From: Acanthaster planci | Taxonomy: Eukaryota | DNA: 64,000 nt | Assembly (NCBI RefSeq): GCF_001949145.1 | Contig: NW_019091360.1 | Coordinates: 2,105,599 to 2,169,598 of the forward strand | Reading direction: 5' to 3' | Shown here: one piece after another, positions 1-13,559 of the stretch | Position numbering within the stretch: the first letter of the stretch is position 1 | Layout: the number at the start of each line of letters is the position of its first letter | Program-made: the position numbers and the translations under genes | Notes under the pieces: generated by a model | Seen by the model: only the letters and a program-made list of their open reading frames with translations | Databases searched by the model: none | What the model was told of the DNA's origin: nothing

Positions 1-273
1 AACGGCCTCCTGCACCCTGTTTGAACCGGTCCGATCTACAGGGCAGCATCACATAAACCTGAATATTGCTCTACAAATAACCAAGCTCAATCCGTTCTGA
101 GGGGCCTCAATGTTCTCTTCAGGGCGTGGCTCATTTTTCACCTCAAAACAGCACGAGCATGACGCCAGTATCATAGCTCCCCTTAACGATTCAAGTTGGC
201 GCTATCAGTGCACTTAATCGCAGCAGCGGTCTGTATCTCCTTCTGAAAGATCCACTGGCTAACGGCTATTGCT

Positions 274-1362
274 TCAAGTTACAAGGTTTTGTTCGTTAGA
301 AGAGCGAACTCGAAAGCAGCAGCCAAGTAGTCTATTGGCTGTTTTCCTGAAGGCGTCGTTCCTTGTATAGTAGATGATGACATTCCAGAGACTGTTTAGG
401 AGCAGCAGGATTTGAGCCACAAATGCTACAGCATCGGGGACCTTTTCGTTGCTGAAGTTTTCCCACGATATGGTCACGTAGTACGGTGTCCAGGAGACGG
501 CCGCCACCACGGCCATGATGAAGAAGGTCCGCGCCGCCTTGGTCTCCGGGCTCACGCGGTCCGAGTTGGCCCGTGCGCGCCCCTCGCGTCGTGGTGCTGG
601 CGGAGAGGGTTGGGCTGGCTGTTCCGCATCACTCTCCGAGCGTTCACTCAGCCCGGATGTCGTGTTTATATCCCCCAGGGTTATGTTACTGACTTTGGAG
701 GCATGGTGAGTGGCCAACAGGAAAAGCCTGAGGTGAAGAATGACAGTGATCAACATCGGCAAGGCAATGAAAAGAGTCATACCTAGTTGGCCCGTCAAAT
801 CATGGCCCACGTCAGCATCGATGAAACACACGCTGAAGTTATTGTAATAGAAAGCCGACCGGTCTGGCTTCAGCACATACAGTAAGGTCCACAACATTAA
901 CAGAACGATGAAGAAGACCTCTGCAATGGCCGCCCTAGCCAGGGTGACGATGAGTGGGTATCTAAGGGGCCATATGACCGCGATGTATCGCTCGATGTTG
1001 ATGGCAAGCACAGACAAACCAGCATTGAAGTACAGCGCGTGGCACATGGCAACCACGGTGCAGTAGGTGTCCCCGTACGGCCAGCTCTGCAGGGCCGTCG
1101 ACCCCACGACAGGAATGCCGACGAGCACACCGACCAACAGATCGCTGATGGTAAGCGATATCAGGAACAGTTTGGTGACGGGGCTGACTCCGTCGTGCGT
1201 ATAGCGCAGGACGATCAAGCACATGGAGTTGCCGAGGAGAATAAAGACGGTGATCACGCCTATTACACAAGCCTTGAAGACGGACAACGCGGTGACATTG
1301 TCCGAGCTTTCGGTGGTCATCCCCCAGTTTGGGGCGGTTTGGGTATCAACTCCTTCCTCCAT
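274..1362 (-). CDS. Intronless rhodopsin-like (class A) 7TM G protein-coupled receptor, orphan, 362 aa
   Basis: Single ORF with seven hydrophobic segments. Motifs: TM1 GN (LLGNS), TM2 LxxxD (LTISDLLVG), ECL1 WPYG...C, TM3 IERY, TM6 SWTPY, TM7 NSLWNVIIY, helix 8 (RNDAFRK) followed by CC, N-terminal sequon NVT. Confidence 0.93.
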   Translation of the reverse strand: MEEGVDTQTAPNWGMTTESSDNVTALSVFKACVIGVITVFILLGNSMCLIVLRYTHDGVSPVTKLFLISLTISDLLVGVLVGIPVVGSTALQSWPYGDTYCTVVAMCHALYFNAGLSVLAINIERYIAVIWPLRYPLIVTLARAAIAEVFFIVLLMLWTLLYVLKPDRSAFYYNNFSVCFIDADVGHDLTGQLGMTLFIALPMLITVILHLRLFLLATHHASKVSNITLGDINTTSGLSERSESDAEQPAQPSPPAPRREGRARANSDRVSPETKAARTFFIMAVVAAVSWTPYYVTISWENFSNEKVPDAVAFVAQILLLLNSLWNVIIYYTRNDAFRKTANRLLGCCFRVRSSNEQNLVT

Positions 1363-4300
1363 CCTCTTTGGACCCCGCGGTAAGATTAACTCAAAACACC
1401 GCTGTTACTTTCCCTTTAGCTTAAATACCCAAGCCTAGGTCGATCGAATAACACACTTCCGCGGTACTCTAATAGTTTCACGGAGAACACGCTGGTGTAA
1501 TCACAAACTAAATTGGAATCGGCTGTCATGTTAATATTAACAGACATTTAACGTCAGTGGTTGAATTCTTCGAATGGCAACTGCGACATTCTCCTAGCTT
1601 GCCACGAAAACAAGAGTTCAAGAAACTGCCATCCAGTGCCCTAACCAGGAAGTACTGTTGACACTTTCATACTGCGAGGGTATACCGCAGAAAAACCACA
1701 ACCTGCCATGTGGGACAGCGAACGCAGTTTCAACACGGGGTGTGCGCGTTTTAGCTGATTCACTGAGCAGGGTTGCGCATGTCAATGTACTGATCGACTA
1801 CTTGTCAGAGCATATCCATGTCACCATGGCACAGGCGAGGAAGGTCGGTGAAATGCCACGTTGCTAACTTTCCACTTCGATAAATCTAGTGAGCGTTGAC
1901 ACGGCCCCGGGAATCCACGAGAACTTTCACTGATCCATTATTTTTACTTCTCTTGCGTCACGAAGTCTCTGCCTTTACCGTCGACTTCAACGCATCGCGA
2001 TAATTCTGAAATCCTGAACACCAATGCACGCCTATTTGCTGGAACCTTCACATTGTACTTGCGGGAATTGGAATTCCGTCTACGCCACTCACTATTTCAC
2101 GTAAAGCCACTTAACCAAGTTGTCAATCAATTATGATCAACCCCGTCACTATCGAGTCAGACACTGCACAAGTAATCGGGATTCTGTTTGTTTTATTTCT
2201 AAACGTAGTGGCTATGATAATAAGCCACCGGTAAAGGGAGGTACGAAGCCGAGGCTCGTTTTGACCATGCTCCTCCCATGAATAAGTCACATTGACTTGT
2301 CAAATTCAGTAATAAAGAAAAAACATAAGATTGAAAAATCAATGAGATTAAAAATTAATGCCCTTTGTCACAATAGGAGTTGCGCTGAATGCTCTAGCGA
2401 AACATTTCAAGTAATTTGTACGCGTACACTGACATGTTTTTTTTCAAATGGCAATCCAAATTACCTACAGTTCTTCGAATGGTGCCTGTGTAGATAGAAG
2501 ACATCCGTATAACATAACGTGTCGTGAGTCCTTTCATCATTAGAAACAACAGCGCTTTTGCAGACTGACAGACATATCTGGTGGGGAAAAAATCGATAAT
2601 ATTTTCGCAATATTGTCATGTTGATCACCGTCCGATTGGCAGTGAAATATTTCGCGGGATCAGAACACATCACTGCTACAGTAGGTGGCCGGTCAGAGAC
2701 TTAGAATTATTTTGCCAGTGTCGATCGAATGTAGTTAGACCTGCCGTTTCTTCCCATGGCCCGATTAATTTTTAACGGGAATAAATTTCGCGTGCTGTTG
2801 CCGCTGAAAAATCCACCCATCGACTCTGTAATGGGCCCGACTGACGACTGTAACACAGAAGACCATGATTGGCTTCATTAGACCTACAGCAAACCTGATA
2901 TGGACCGACAAAGCAGGCTTCATAAATATTATTTTCAGCATACAGTTGGAGCTTAGTCAAGGGGTGCGACACGGTCAGGTACAGTTTGAGGGAAGTGATC
3001 AATCAATTTAAGTGTACTCTAGTAATGGGGGAGTACAGGTACCCTGGAAGTCCAGTGTATTGCTGCTCAATGATTGATGGTGGTGGTTACTTACTTAGGC
3101 GAAGCGCGCATCCCGTCTGCACCCCGAGGCTTTCATAGGACGCCCCCTGGGAGTTGAGCGAAAACCTACTTGAAAAGACTATACTGTACGTGGCAGGTAC
3201 TTCGTGGCAACCCTTGCAGACAAAATCCAACATTCCATCGGAGGGGGCCATTGCCAATGCCCAGTGACAACGTGCGGGATTAATTGTTTCGCAAACTGGG
3301 GGGCCATTTACACAGACGAATGGTTGGCAAAGAACGGTATGCCATGCGATATTTGAAATTTAGATACATGCAAATTATTGAGTGTCCACAATAACAACAG
3401 CGCCCTCAAAAAGAAAGCAATTTTAACGAAAAGGCACCCAACCTACAATGCAGGCCGTCCGTTACTCGACGTCATGCATGTATGACAAGGCCGCTGAATG
3501 GCCAGAACGTGCTGTTTCAACTTTTAAAAATCGCCGAGGTTTCTAAACATGCCGTTTTAATCGTCCTCTCGAGATGTTTTTCTCCGTCATAGGCAACAAG
3601 TGTGCTCCAGGTGTGTTATCGTGCGGAATTCCTTTACCGCGGTTTTCGGTCAGCGGCCCTTAAAAGGCGTTTTAGGGATTTTTTGTCTGGATCCCTGACG
3701 TATATTTTTCCTCAACTCATTGTAATGGTTAGAATAAGAACTTGAGTCACACTCGATGTGCGCATGTGTCAGTGGGGGGAGCAAACGTGCATTGACTGAG
3801 ACTGTCAAATACCCCACGATGCTTTCTCGTGCCTATATTTTCTTAACCAAACAATTTGGTGGTAAGTCCTCACCCGCAAGGGCGGTTTCGTCTTCCAAGC
3901 GGCCATAGCTTGCCCTAAAAGGAGTCAAAATGTTGCTTGTTTTTCAATAACGAGGGAGAGAGGCAATCATTGGTCTATTTCACTTCCCCGCTCTCAAAAG
4001 CATGTAAAATGTCACAGAATGTGGCCTCGCCCATCAGACAGGCAGTGAAAGGTTACATGACAAGATCCACTGGCCCTTTGTAATCTGTGACGTGCGCGCG
4101 CGCGGTGTTACTCGTTTCATGAAATTGAACGGCACGTTTTGCAAACTTCAATTTTGTCCCATCGAGTCGCTTGCAGTGACTCAGTGACAGAAGGTAAGCA
4201 GCAGGATCACACAGGCGAGACCATTCGAATCACATTCAGTGACTTAGTGACAGATGATCACCGGTAGGATAACGCGGGACGTGTTGGCCGTTCAGTGGAC

Positions 4301-6574
4301 GCGCGAGCGCAATGCTGAGTGGTGCACACGGTGTTACGTGGACAATCTCTGTTGAAATACCCGGCCCTGTTGGGATGAAGAATAGGCCTCAATAACATGC
4401 GCCAGATGACTATCATGGCTTACTCATAAGGAGTTAGACTTGAACTAAACCCTTTAACCTCAGCAACTTAAATCCACAAAACTTTGATGTTACCTTTAGT
4501 CACCAAAGTTACCGTTGGAAACATCCAAATATTTCGATCACTTTGCAGTTGAGTTAGACATTACTTAATGCAGTTGACTGCAGTTGTTGGTGACACGCTG
4601 ATGTCAATGCACTTTAATTGATAATAAAACAGCTTATTTGAAAAGCTCCAATTCAGAAACAAATCTGTAATCGTTGTATGAGTGAAGGATGCAAATACGC
4701 TGTGTATTGTGGAGTAAAGTATCCTTAGTTCCGAAACTGGCAGCTCTGGGTAAGAGTCTTCAATCAACGTTTCATAAAATGATAAACATCTTTAGTTTGT
4801 TTTTCATACCGTGACGGTAACAAGTTCATTGTCACCATCAGCCACGTTGCCTTTCCGCAGTGACGGGGATTCATCACGAAGGTTTACCGCGATAATAACG
4901 GCCAAGCCGTTTCCTAAGCTATCTTGAGTCCATTAGGCCTATTTACTTCACCTTGTTTTCATAAGAGGTGCGGATGGCAGTTGGACGCCATTTGCATTTT
5001 TGGGAAACGATATTGCCGACGACTATTTAAAAACCATTTTTAATAACGCACTCTAATTCCGAAACGATACACCCAGAGTACGCGCAAGTTTCCAAATTCA
5101 AAGTTTTCATCCATTGAAGAAGTTCACAAAATATGAATCTTCGAAAAATTCGTTGCACTGATCCTTTACGTATCATGATACTACAATCGAAAATTAAGCA
5201 CTTCTAACTCTAATAAACAGAAATCACTAAAATATACTCAAGTAAGTATTACACAATTCAAATATGTCCCTTTCAATGTACATAAGAAACATTCAAACTC
5301 TCCAAAAATACATTTGCAAACCAGTTTCTTTACAACAGATAAATTGATAATAAAGAGAGAAGCTACAGATACAACAAAAATACAAACCTTTCATAAGGCA
5401 TGTGAAACCAGATTATTACACGTTGGTTTGCTTCTTCCTCTTAATCGCTTGCATTGCCTCTTGTCTTTATATTTATAACCTTCTATCTTCAATTAACTGA
5501 AGTCAACTCCACTTCCTATGTAAACATCTTTGTACTAGACGGGGACTAGTGGTGCAGTCCGAACGTCTGGCTTTAATTGAAAATGATACAAGTTGCGGTT
5601 AAGTTCTTTGGTTATTTGTGACAGCACATTAAATCCCACATTTAAGTCCTGTATTCTCTAAACAGCATTGTTTTATCTAATAATCTTCTAAAGCTACTGG
5701 GAACCCTTTGAGTCGCTTTGGGGCAGCAAACATGACGGTCACAAATTATTGTTAGCGTGAACTTGACAAAAACAATAGACCTTTCTTATGTTTCAAAAAA
5801 TTGACCAACATTTTTATGGGCGGCCAAAGTTTGCAGAAATGTAACCCGTAGCTGGATAAGGCAATCCACAATACAATGCGCCCCAAGGGGTTGCCACGGG
5901 AAGGCTAGTTTGCAAGTTTACGGTAGACAGAAGCACGGCGGTCTTGTCGCGATTTGTATTTGGGTTTTTGGGAGACAACTTGGGGGGGTCATAGATGGAG
6001 AAAATCCATGCGATAGACAGAAGAAAAGATTAATTTAAAAATTGCTCCTCCTCGAAATGCACTTAACAATCTTATACCAAGAAAATAATAAGGATTAATT
6101 CAATTCTTCCGAGCGCTGAATTGGCGACCGTTTCCCACAACGCACTGCGAAAAAGGCCTTTCCGTGATTTCTTGGTGACGCACTGTAATGTGAATCACCA
6201 GTGATCTCATCTTCCTTGCCTCGAAATGGCCATAGGCTCTTTTCCTTTTGTATTGGCAGCCAATTTTAAACATCTGACAAACGTTATCATTAGTAGATTT
6301 TAACTCGCATATATGGTATAACATCCCAGATACGCAACAATGCATATAAGGTTTCGCTTAAGTTTTTGCGCATAGACAAGTTTTAAGTTTTTATCAACAG
6401 AACTACGTAACTCACGGAGGAAGTTACCAGAGTATATCATATCACTGTTAACCTTCCATAGGTTCTTGCTCCATGCTTGTAACATAAAGGTGGTGATTGT
6501 GGACTCATGTAATATGTAATGAAAAGTGAAAATGTGATGATATTTCCACTTGATTTCCTGAAATTGAGTTCTTC

Positions 6575-9500
6575 TTACGTCAGGTTGCACTTGACGCTCG
6601 CATCTTCGTGGTGCCCACAATTTTCGTTACCCCATCCGCTATGGCTGCATGCTCCAAGGCTAGCCTCACTGCCAGAGCATGCCAGGTCATCCAGGTGGAT
6701 CGCCCCCGTCCCTTGCCCATGGGTTGCAGAAGACCAGACTCGGGCGGCGGACGGGTAGCCGAGTTGCCGGCAGGCTACCTGGCCGTCGTTGATGTCCCAG
6801 CCGTCATCGCAGACTGTTCCCCAGGCGCCGCTGTAGTACACTTCCACCCGTCCCTCGTTTGGCAGTGGACCATTCACGAGGCGAATGCTACCACCTTAAA
6901 CGAACACAGGGAAACTGTTCGTGGAAGGTATTTTCCTTAGTGATAATGTCAATTTGTTATCTAAAAACTGCTGTCCAATCAAAGGCAATCCCTTAATTTA
7001 AAAATCTGCACACAACTTCACAAGGCACTTTGGGTAAGATTCTGGGTGCCCTGTTGAAATTCACCATGCATGGGCAGTGTGTAATTATTTTTGTTTTATG
7101 ATCGACTATAAAGGGTAATGAAAACACAGTGTGACGACCAGAGAGAAGCTGACACTTTAATTGGTTTAGAACTAATACCAGGGGCAGATCCATGATTTTC
7201 CGGGGTGGGGGCGTGAACTAAAGGCAGCAATGGTAAAATGCCCGCAAGCGCGTAGCACAAAGCCCTTACGGCGTGAGGTCCGGGGCCAGATTAAGGGATT
7301 CTAGGGTTGAACTGGAGTCTAGGCGCTCTGTGGTGCGATTTCAGGCAGCATGGCCCCTTTTTTCATCTCCTTCTTTTTCCTCTTTTTCATTTATTTGTTT
7401 TATTTCGGGTGTGAAAAAGGGGGCGTGCGCCCCCCACCACTCCTTGGACCTGCCCCTGAATACATACTCTGAAAGCATCTCAGACTGGCATCTTCACCGT
7501 GCCCGCAATTGTGCGAGCCCCAGCCAGCGTGCGGGCAGCTACCCAGACTTATTTCTGTGCCGGCGCAATTAGTGTCGTCCAGGTGGATGGATCCCGTGCC
7601 GGCGCCGTGAGCAGCCGAGTTATAGGTGTTGGTGGCATAGGGGTAGCCCAATTGACGGCAGGCCACATTGGCGTCGGTCATGTCCCATAAATCATCACAA
7701 ACGGTGCCCCATGCTCCATTGTACCACACCTCCACTCTCCCCTCATTTGCCGACGGACCATTAGCCAAACGGATTGGCTCTACAGAAATCAAATCAGAAA
7801 CATGTCTGGCTCAATTTAATTCCATCAATACAAGGTAATGGAGATCTGTATTACTAAGAGCAGTACCATCAACATCATTTGCATTTTGTGGTATTCTGTA
7901 CGTCTTTTCCTTCTTCGTGTCACATCAACCTATGGCTGATCGTGTTAAAAGGTTGATAAGGTCTTGAAAGATGCATCCCTTACGATGGTAACTCTTAAAA
8001 ATTTATGGAAAGGAGTATTTTCGGTGGAGAAATACTGAATGAACATTAAGCAGCGATCGTTAAAAGGTTGATAAGGTCTTGAAAGATGCATCCCTTACGA
8101 TGGTAACTCTTAAAAAATTATGGAAAGGAGTATTTTCGGTGGAGAAATACTGAATGAACATTAAGCAGCGATCGAACATCTTGATACCGTCCAGTGTCGT
8201 TGCAAAATGCTTGCAACCAAAACGCACCCAAGCACTTTTCATATACCGTTATGGAACATATTCATAAGTCCTTTTGCATAGCCCAACTGTCAACCTGCTA
8301 CATGTATGTCTCCGCAAGTCCCCGAACAATCTGAACTTTGCTTTCAATCCCTTGAGTATGGTCCCTATCGGGATAGTCACAGAAACGGACTGCACAAAGT
8401 AATTGCTCGATCAGATCTCGATCAGACTCGATCAGTTGTTGGTAAAGCTAGCATTATTGTCGAAGTTGTCGTTGCTATAATTGGAGAAATAACCCGTGTC
8501 TTTGATCGAATATACTCCTGGTGTTTGCGTTGTGTATAAGCCCTGAGCGGGACCAAGAGAGCTCGCAAGTATCCTAACAACGTAAGCTCCTTTGGTAGGG
8601 GCTGAACATCGCTGGTTCACGAACCACTATGTAATGCATGCTCTGCCAACCAAATAAACATTTCCCCCAAACATGACTCTTTTCAACCGATGAATGGATG
8701 CTTCTGCTCAAGGTAGATGAAAGACCACGAAGGCATAAATCAGAAGGTATCACAGAAGCGTACTCACCGATGTTACAGAGAGTGCCGCGAGCACCACTGA
8801 CGCATGAGCACGTGAAGGAGTTGACGAGATCATTGCAGGTCCCGTACACGCAGGGAGAACTGCTGCACTCGTTGATATCTCGAATAACGAGAAGCTTGGG
8901 AATTAGTAGCATGAAAATCTAACTGGTTCTCACCACAGGGGAGTAAGGGAATGGCGGGGCGTAAAGATGTACTTCTCTCAATAGAATTCTGTATGTTTGA
9001 GTGGTGGGCAGCAATTTCTCGTAAGGCTCCTAGGCTACGCCGCTTGTGTGTCTATTCGCGTTCACAGAGCTTACGCGCCAAGTGTGAATGTGATTAATAG
9101 ACAACACCGAGTCCAAGATTTAATAGTTTGCAATGATTATTTCTGTCTACATCGTCACTCATTCAGGAATACCACCTAAGCAGTGCAAACCTACTTGTGT
9201 TACACAAGGTTCCCTCGTATCCTGCCGAGCATGTGCAGGTGAAGCCGTTGACTTGCTCATTGCAGTTGCCATGTCGGCAAGGGCTGCTGGCACACTCATC
9301 GGTCTCTGTCATAGGTAGGTAACAGAATACAAGCCTGAAAATTGACCCCGCGAAGCATGTGTGGCGAAGTACGCCCAAGTTGGAATGTGCTCAACTTTTC
9401 GGATGTTGCTACACGGAAATTTGCCTTGACGTCACATTGTAAACTGGTTCTCAACCGGCCTGACAGTTTAATTCGCTTCCTGACGAAACAGGATCAGTTT

Positions 9501-12500
9501 GGCAAAGTTCTAAGCTTTTAACCTTTTTTTCTGTAGCTTGCAAACAATCGCGGGATATCACTTATGCAGTGAAAACCTACCTGTGTTGCACAAAGTTCCT
9601 TCATATCCTGCGGAACATGTACATGTGAAGCTGTTGACTCCATCATTACAGACACCATGTTGGCAAGGGCTGCTGGCACACTCATTAATGTCTGTCATGT
9701 GTATGACAAAGAGTAAAGACAGATTGTTCCTTATTCTCTCTGAAAATTATGCATTGATATAGTGTAACAGGTCTCCGGCTGAACAATGCTAAGGCGTTGC
9801 TTAAATTAAACCTGCCAACAAAGACGTAGAAATTGTAAACCTGTCACATGTTTAAGCTTGATAAATATCAAGCAGCATGTACATTTTTTAACTTCATGCA
9901 GAAATCTTCAATGACTCTCAACAACTCATAAATGGCAAAACTGCATCTTATGAACGAGCAGTTGTTGTTTGTTTTCCATAGCATTAATTACCTTCAAAAG
10001 CCAATGTTTCAAATACATTTAGTAAAGGATTTGTTTATAAAATAGACTGGCATCACTCTACAGATTACATAGGTAACTTTGGATTACTCGGTCAAGTGAA
10101 CCAACACACCGAAATGCAGTATTGAAGACGCGCCTCTGTTGATTTTAAGCCACCCCTTTAAGGTATTTGAGAAAAACGAAATAAGTACTGCAGACGGGTG
10201 TATATTGTACAATGGAACTCGGTGTGGCGGTCGGGAGACAAAGATTGTAATTTAACTGGAAGAACTCTTAAGTTGATGCTCACTGGTATCGCAGAGTGTG
10301 CCTTCATAGCCGGCAGAACAGGCACAGCTAAAACTGTTGACAAGGTCATTGCAAACGCCATTCACGCAAGGGTTGCTCGCACATTCATCGGTGCCTATAT
10401 AAAATGAAACAGAAATGTTGTAATCACACAGCTGTGCGGCTCAACCTTGTTATTTTATGATACTACTACGATGCTGTGAATTTGATACTTTAACTGGAGC
10501 TGTTCTTTTTGAAATATCCGCATGTGATATCTTATAAAGCTGTTATGTACTGAACTCTTGATGGAAGAATTTGTGAGAAAAAAATCTATATTATTGCTAA
10601 AACGTATACCTACTGATTAATTGGCGTTTTTTGTTACTAAAATACATGAAACTCACTAAATAAAAAAAAACCTTTTCGATGGCGTTGGAAGGGAAAATAA
10701 ATCGTTATTTATGCGACAAATCCACTCACTTCCGTCGCAGAGCGTCCCAGCATAGCCGGCCTCACAAGAGCAAGTGAACTTGTTGATGCCGTCTGCGCAT
10801 GTGCCACCATTCTGGCACGGATTGCTGCTGCATTCGTCGACGTCTGAAGGGAAAAAAATGACAAACCGGAAATCGTGATGGTAAGAGAGAATTCTAAGCC
10901 AAATCAGGAAAAAGGGTTACCCGTTAAAACTATTCTAGTGTGTTCTGTAATTCTGGAATGCGTACAGTAATTATGTTCTCATTTTATCATCACTTACTCG
11001 ACTCAGAAATTTACCGAACTGTGGCTCAATGCTCAATAGTTAGGGCCAATGGAGAAATTTAAACTTATCACGCAAGCAATCTTCGAGTTTGCCAACCAGA
11101 TCTGAGTTCGGGGGGTACTAGTCAGAAACAGTGATTATGTGTAACAAGACATAAAATATAGGTTTGTGTGGGTTTGATACCGTGTAGCTAAGGACCGCAT
11201 CTTATTTTAAGTCAAAGTGCCAGGAAATAAAAACCCTCTCCCACTGTAGTCCATGAAGATGAATGAGGCAGTACACAGGGCTATATCTGTCCCTACGTAA
11301 ACAAAGTAGATGTGGACAGAGAAAGGTTTAAAATCATAAACCAGATCATTTGTGTCTAGATGAAAAGGTTTTGGAGGAGGTAAAAAAGAATCATTGAACT
11401 CACTGATCTGACAGTTGACTCCATCGAAGCCAGCTGAGCAGGTGCAGGAGTACCGGTTCACGGCGTCTACGCAGCTACCACCGTTCTGACAGGGCCCACT
11501 GCTGCACTCGTTGGTATCTGGGAAGTAGACCACAGGAACATATTGGTGATCAGAAACGGGAGAGGGCGCCCATAGATTACATTGTCCGGAGCAAAGAGTA
11601 CATGGTAAGATAATGTGGTACGAAATAATGTACGGAATGGGTTATTTCAGCACTGTATCAGTAGGCTTTCAATCTGTGGTAAAGGTATAACTGTGGAGAT
11701 TGTGATAGCTTCATTCACAGTGTAGTGAATCTTACTGAGCTTATTGAGCATAGGCCTACTTTGCCACCAATAATTCCTTGAAAGTTTAAACGTTCGACAG
11801 CAAATGGGGAGTGAATATTGCGCCACAGACATTATAAAAGAAACGGACCTCGTATCAAACGCGAAAACGCAAGATGCCTGACACTGGTTGCTATGAATCT
11901 CGCTGCTAGGCTTACTGGTCGTTCTTGTCGCCAGCGATTCTCAAGGATGCGTATCTCATGGCAACAATAAACGAGTTGACCCTCACAGCAATGCGTGCAC
12001 TTGCCGGTCTCGGACCATTACTCCGCTGCGATATATTCTGGGCTGTGCTCAGATTAGCCCTTCTCATTTTTCGAATCGGGTTTCCCAGAGCAGTCTGTTT
12101 TCCTACCTCTGTGTTTAGACAAAGGTGGTGGCGGTAACGGGCTTTCTAGAGCTACGGCTAGGTCTATTGTCTACGCGTCTCCACCCATTTCCAATGGAGT
12201 GAAGACCTAGACCTAGCTCTGGACAACAGATGCGGATGCAGCCTATAAACTTACCAACGTTGCATGTGACTCCCTCGTATCCAGGGGCGCAGTCGCAAGT
12301 GAACTTGCCCAGACCGTCGTTACACACGCCCCCATTCTGGCAAGGGCTGCTCTCACATTCGTTGGGCTCTGTTAGTGTAAAACCAACGTCAGCTTGCACG
12401 TTTGGTCACAATGTCGTGATAACCCAAGAATTATAAAGATTGTGGAGTTGGTACTGTTTATCCATCTATACGCCATTCTAATTATTAGACAGACTAATTG

Positions 12501-12800
12501 TTCAACTCGACCCCGTGGAAACTTTAGAGGGGCATTATTTATTCATTAACCACTAAATGCAACAGAACCGAAGACAAAATCACTTCTGAAGGCACAAGTT
12601 GACTGAGTGGCTGCCGGTTACAGACACCAAGGGACCGGATTCCAGTACCTCAAAAAACCTCATGGCCAAGGAACCGTAAAGTACTCCAAGATCGTTCCAC
12701 CGAATACAAAAATACTCAGCAACGCCCTAAAATCATCAAACTCACCCAGTGTGGTCGGCTTCACCGTTGTTGTCGGAAGTTCCACCGTTATCGCGGTTCT
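6575..12800 (-). CDS. Multi-exon extracellular protein, main body: Thr-rich linker + 7 calcium-binding-type EGF repeats + 2 SRCR domains
   Basis: Minus-strand exons in transcript order: 12746-12800 ([18 protein letters not shown], phase 0 to 1). EGF exons, all phase 1-1: 12255-12368, 11404-11517, 10730-10843 (114 nt each); 10284-10394, 9581-9691, 9195-9305, 8768-8878 (111 nt each, e.g. [34 protein letters not shown]). SRCR exons 7468-7779 and 6575-6894 (IRLx[19 protein letters not shown]...CRQLGY...CGH.EDA). All bounded by AG/GT. Confidence 0.9.
7179..7458. mobile_element. MITE-like non-autonomous DNA element in the SRCR1-SRCR2 intron
   Basis: Terminal inverted repeats caggggcagatcca / tggacctgcccctg; direct repeat aatac on both flanks (7174-7178 and 7459-7463). 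Confidence 0.65.
7944..8173. repeat. Near-perfect tandem duplication, 2 x 115 bp
   Basis: gttaaaaggttgataaggtcttgaaagatgc...aagcagcgatc occurs at 7944-8058 and 8059-8173 with one visible mismatch. Confidence 0.9.
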
Positions 12801-13559
12801 CTAAGGAAAAAAAATGACGAGAATCCTATAAGGTTCTTGCCCAGACAATTTCTTATTTTATGATGGTTTGGCTACATAATTTATGGCATGCACACACACA
12901 AAGTTCGTGCTTTTAAAACAACCGGGAATACCTCCCCTCACCCTTTTCGCAAGAGGACTTAATTCACTTCATAAGATAGAGATGCATTTTGGTTCATTCA
13001 TTCCCTGAGGATTTCATAAATGATGAAGTTTGTTTTTCGTTGCACTGTAACCACATTTTAGTTCACAAATTATAACCCTAAATGCCTTGACCCTAAGATT
13101 GTAGGTTTTGTCACTAAAATCAAGATCCCTAGTTTATATCTGGAAGCCGCGATATGGCAACGTCCATTTCTGGAAAACCAAGATGGTTTCGTGCAAAATG
13201 CATTTCTTACCTGGAGGTGGTTTTTCTACTTTGATATCAGTACAAATTACTGTCCTGTCCCTTACAACGTATGTTTAATTGCTGAAATCAAGATACTCTT
13301 TCGTCTAAAAGCCATACAACAGGGAAAATTCCTTTTATGGTAGCTAGTCTGGAAAAAAAAGATGTGCTGCCGTATGGATGGAAACATTGGTATTCTCATT
13401 TGAAATGCTATACACTTCTCAACGTCACGCTCAACAAATCCCCCCCCCGTCTTACGAAACTTTAAATCTTTAACACAGCTTACGTGACTATATACATGTA
13501 TAATTTTGGAAAAGTATATTTTATTTCATTTTGGTGGTGTATGTCATAGTTGGCATGGA

